Assembly: GCA_943704415.1 (NCBI GenBank)
Contig: CALSCO010000903.1
Span: 1 to 34,449 of the forward strand
DNA from: Parvularia atlantis
Taxonomy: Eukaryota
Length of the DNA stretch: 34,449 nt
Direction: 5' to 3'
Shown: positions 30,965-34,449 of the stretch, piece after piece
Position numbering within the stretch: the first letter of the stretch is position 1
How the letters are laid out: every line of letters starts with the position of its first letter
Made by a program: the position numbers and the translations under genes
Notes under the pieces: model-generated
What the model was told of the DNA's origin: nothing
Seen by the model: only the letters and a program-made list of their open reading frames with translations
Databases searched by the model: none

Positions 30965-33900
30965 TCATGCCGACGCGGCCGACGAGTCCACGCCCGCCTT
31001 GGCAGACACGGCGGCACTTGGCATCCCCGACGCAGACATCACGCCCGGGCAGCTGTCCTCCAACAGCTCGCGGCAGTAGCGAATGACGCCTCGCACGTGG
31101 GCAGGGACTGAGCCGATGCGCGGCGCGGCCGCTGTGCTCATCGTCAGGGGCTGCGCACACCCGCAGAACACACGCGCATGCGCACCCAGCCGCTCAGCCT
31201 GGTCGAGCGCGGCGTTCCACATGTCCACGGCGGCGATCATGCTCGCAGCCTGCTCGAGCATGTCGCGGCTGCGCTCGGCCATGTCCTGGCCGATGGCGAT
31301 CGTGATCACCTGGCGGGCGTCTCAGCGTGAGCGCAAACCGAGCAGCCCATGCGCGCACGCGCACGCACCAACGACGGCGACCGCTCCGAGCTCTGCGGCG
31401 GTGCCTGCGTCGTGGCCGCGTCGGGCGGCGACACACCCGTCGCGACCGGCGCCGTGCCGTTGGCGCTGTTGGGCGTGGGGTTGCTCGGTGTGAGCGGCTG
31501 GCTGAGGCAGTTGACGAGGTCGCGGACGCTTGCGCTCAGGGCCGTCTTGCGGGTCTGGGTTGTGCGGAACACGATTGCTGCACGGCAGAGATGGCTGGCG
31601 CGGCCGTGAGAGGGTGCCCGCGGGGGGCTGTGCGTGCCCAACCGCACCAAATCACGCGCAGGCTCTTCTCCTGCTCGGCGGCGAGGCGGTGCACGCTCGC
31701 GAGCACGTGATCAATCAGCTTGAGCACGTCGCCTGCGGTCAGGTTCTTCGGCGGCGACTGTGCCGTCGCGGCGTGAGCCGCCCGAGCAGCGACCGCGCGC
31801 GCGCGCTACACGCACCTCGGCACAGATCGCTTCGGTGTACAGCAGGAACGAGCGCGTGTAGCCGACGCTGCGTGCCAGCTGCGCCTCCTGCTTGTCGGCC
31901 ATGCGCTTCTGCAGCTTGGCGTGCTCGAGCAGCTCGACCCACTGGTCCGAGCTCTCGGATCTGCCGCGGCCGCTGTGAGCGTCCGGTGCGCGCGCCGCTG
32001 TCACGGCCGCACTTGTGCCGCTTGCTGCTCGCGTCGCTCGCGGGTGCCACCTCGTCCTTTGCGCGCTTGGTGGGCGACGGTGTCTCCTGCGCGCAGCGTG
32101 AGCACCGGGCAGCCGCGTCGACAGCAAGTGTTCGCACCACCGTCAGCGGCTGAGGCTTCGCTTTGGCGGGCTCGGACGGCATACCGGTGCCGTTGGCGAT
32201 GCCGTTGGCGGCGCTAATCGAGTGGCGCCGGATCGCCATCGGCTTGCCTGTCGCAGCGAGCGGCCGCGTGGCCACGTGTGACGGGCTCGGTGCAGACGAC
32301 GCCGGTGCCTCCACGGGTGCTGGTGCAGGTGGTGGTGCTGGCGCGGGCGTGGGCAAGGGTGCAGCGCGGGGCGGGGACGGCTGCACAGGCGCCGTGAGAC
32401 AAGCGCCTTCGAGCGTTCTGTGCGCACCGATCGCGGCCGCTTGGGTGTGGGTGCAGCGGCTGGCACCTCCTTCTCGGCCGTCGCACGCACCGAGCGCGGC
32501 GGGCTGTGGTCGCGCGACCGCGGCGACGTGAGCGTCGGGCGGTCGCGGTCGCGGTCGCAGTCGTTTCGCGCGCGCTCGCGTGATCTGCTGCGGCCTCGGT
32601 CGCGCGAGCGGGAGCGGGAGCGTGCGTCGGACCGGCTGCCCTGCCGGGAGAGGGGTGCTGCGCTCGGCTTGCGGTCCTTCTCCGGGCGATCGGCAGTGCG
32701 GTCCCTGTCTCGATCACGCTCTCGGTCGCGCTCTCGGTAAGCTGGCCGCTCCTCGGCTGTGCGTCTGGGTGCCGTCTCGCTTCGCTCGGGATTGTCGGCT
32801 CGCTCGGGCTTGTCAGCTGTGCGCTCGAGGGCCTTGTCAGCTCGCTCGGGCTTGTCGGCTGGCCGGTCCTTCTCCATCGCTCGGTCGCGGTCGCGCGCAG
32901 GAGCCGCAGTCGCGAGCGGCTGTGATGGTGGCGGATGTGGTGGCGCAGGCGGCACCTTGATCTTGATGCGCAGGACGCCGGGCGGGCTGCCCTTGTCGTC
33001 TTTGGCTTGCACCTCGTCGTCCTTGGCTGGTGGCCTGTCGTTCTTGGCTGGCAGCTTGTCGGGATGCGGTGGTGCAGACGGCGCGCTCTCGGCGGCCGAG
33101 CGAACGACTGCCCGCGGATGTGAGGACTGCCCGCACGCATCTGGCCACATCGCCGGCACGTACGTGACGACAGCGAGCGCGGCTTGGGCCGGTCCGAGCC
33201 GTTGCTGCGCTGGCGCTCCTTGCGGCCGCGGTCTTGGTCGTCGTCGCTCGAGCTTGAGCTCGGGCTGGGACTGCGGCGGGCGCGGCGCAGCTGCTCGTCC
33301 GCGCGCTCGGCCGTCACAAACATCTGCATGTGCGACTCAGCGACGCGCCATAGGCAACCGCGCAACGGCCGCACCGAACGCTCGACCGCGGGTGTTTTGA
33401 GCTCGGGCAGCTTGTCGTCCAGCGCGTCGACGTTGCGTGTCATGCTCTGCGCGCGCACGTGTGATCAGCGTCCCGTCGTGTGTACGTGCATGCGTGCTCA
33501 GCCGGCGCGCACCTTGATGATCGACGAGATGCGCGTGTTGTCGGGCGTGGCGGGCGGCGGCATGCTCTCGTCGTTCCGGCGCGACGTGATGCTCAGCGGG
33601 CGCACGTTGACGGGCCTGGCGCGCGCACGCGCGCACGTGAGCCGCAGCGTCCGCGCGTGCACGGCCGACGGGGGGCGCACCGCTTGGAAGGTGACGCCGC
33701 CGCTGGCTCGGCCTTGCGCAGCGCCACCGGGTCGCGCTCGCGGTTCCTCTCGCGCTCCCGCTCTCGCTCTCGTTCTCGTTCCCGTTCTCGTTCCCGTTCC
33801 CGTTCTCGTTCACGGTCTCGATCCCGTTCCCGTTCCCGTTCTCGTTCGCGATCTCGCTCGCGGTCACGTTCTCGCTCGCGGTCGCGGTCGCGGTCGCGTC

Positions 33901-34194
33901 CCACGCCGCCGGAAGATGTGCGGCGCGCGATCGGCCCCGCAGCAGCCGCGACACCGTCGTGCACCCACTTTGGCCGCTCAAACATTGTCTGTGCGCGCGC
34001 ACGTCAGACGCCGCCCCTCCCGCGGCCGACACGCGGACCGGGATGAGGCCGCTGCTGTGCCCGCTCGCGTACGCCTCGTCGCGCGGGAGCATGCTCCGGA
34101 GCCGCTCCGCGACCTGCGCCCGCGCCGCGGCCCTTCAGCGCGCCGGCCGTTGGCACGTGCCGCGCCGGCGCACCTCCGACCGCGCCGACGACAT
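30965..34194 (-). CDS. AF4/FMR2 (AFF, lilliputian) family super-elongation-complex scaffold homolog
   Basis: C-terminal homology domain: LLEHAKLQKRMADK...SVGYTRSFLLYTE, EKSLRVICHLCRAAIVFR, ITIAIGQDMA...AVDMWNAA and VIRYCRELL. Also N-terminal VAERLRSML, KRPVNVRP and ISSIIKSMT...LPELKTP, with RE/RD- and RS-rich disordered regions. ATG at 34194, stop at 30965-30967. Confidence 0.75.
33731..33900 (-). repeat. Degenerate hexamer repeat encoding an (RE/RD)n mixed-charge tract in the AFF homolog
   Basis: CGGGAA/CGAGAA/CGCGAC-type hexamers translate to RDRDRDRERERD...RERERE. Confidence 0.85.
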
Positions 34195-34291
34195 GGGAGA
34201 GGCCGAGCGAGGGGCGCGTGAAGTCGCTCGCGTCAACGATGCCGCCAGCAAAACAGGAGGACCGTCGAAACTCGAATCGTGACAGTGAGTG

Positions 34292-34449
34292 ATGATCGAG
34301 CACGTGACCGTGTTCAGCAAGGGCGGGCTGGTGCTGTGGGCGCACAGCCTCGCGCGCGACCGGGACTTTGCCGCGCCGGTCAACGAGCTCGTGCGCCAGG
34401 TCCTGCTCGAGGTGGCGTGCGGGCGGATGGCGTGCGGCCCCCGCCCCCC
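34292..34449 (+). CDS. SRPRA: Signal recognition particle receptor alpha subunit, first exon (34292-34411) and start of intron 1; truncated by the window
   Basis: MIEHVTVFSKGGLVLW...PVNELVRQVLLE matches the SRX/longin N-terminus (FSKGGLVLW...PVNALIRSVLLQE). GT donor at 34412. Confidence 0.88.
   Translation, partial: MIEHVTVFSKGGLVLWAHSLARDRDFAAPVNELVRQVLLEVACGRMACGPRP

Noticed and set aside
33725..33900. Plus-strand SR-repeat (RSRSRS) splicing factor, or an NENGN-repeat protein
   Set aside because: These are alternative-frame readings of the RE/RD repeat; splice signals and flanking exons support only the minus-strand AFF frame.
1..34449. tRNA, rRNA or snRNA genes
   Set aside because: None recognisable by eye; nearly all sequence is accounted for by exons and introns. 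A covariance-model scan would be needed to exclude small intronic RNAs.

Overview
Gene-dense, GC-rich eukaryotic DNA, not prokaryotic. Most six-frame ORFs are artefacts because genes are split by many short (about 45-75 nt) spliceosomal introns with GTGCGC-like donors, CTGAC/CTCAC branch sites and YAG acceptors. Splicing by eye gives 11 genes: (1) a Mutator(MULE)/FAR1-type SWIM protein C-terminal half running off the left edge; (2) a tandem LOTUS/OST-HTH + RING-H2 protein, in frame with gene 1 across a single TGA; (3) EMC1; (4) a NoxR/p67phox-type NADPH-oxidase regulator (TPR + PB1); (5) a full-length ABCC/MRP transporter with degenerate ATPase motifs; (6) an intronless, compositionally distinct ARM-repeat protein with a C-terminal DUF3990-like ADP-ribosyltransferase-fold domain; (7) an F-BAR + coiled-coil + Ras-association protein with GC-AG introns; (8) an unknown four-pass membrane protein; (9) an INTS13/Asunder homolog; (10) a secreted protein with three copies of an unrecognised 4-Cys module; (11) an AF4/FMR2 (AFF) homolog. 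The first exon of SRPRA lies at the right edge. Ten genes form tight head-to-head pairs (34-280 nt between ATGs). The gene content suggests a unicellular amorphean/opisthokont protist (inference). All family calls come from remembered motifs, not from database searches.
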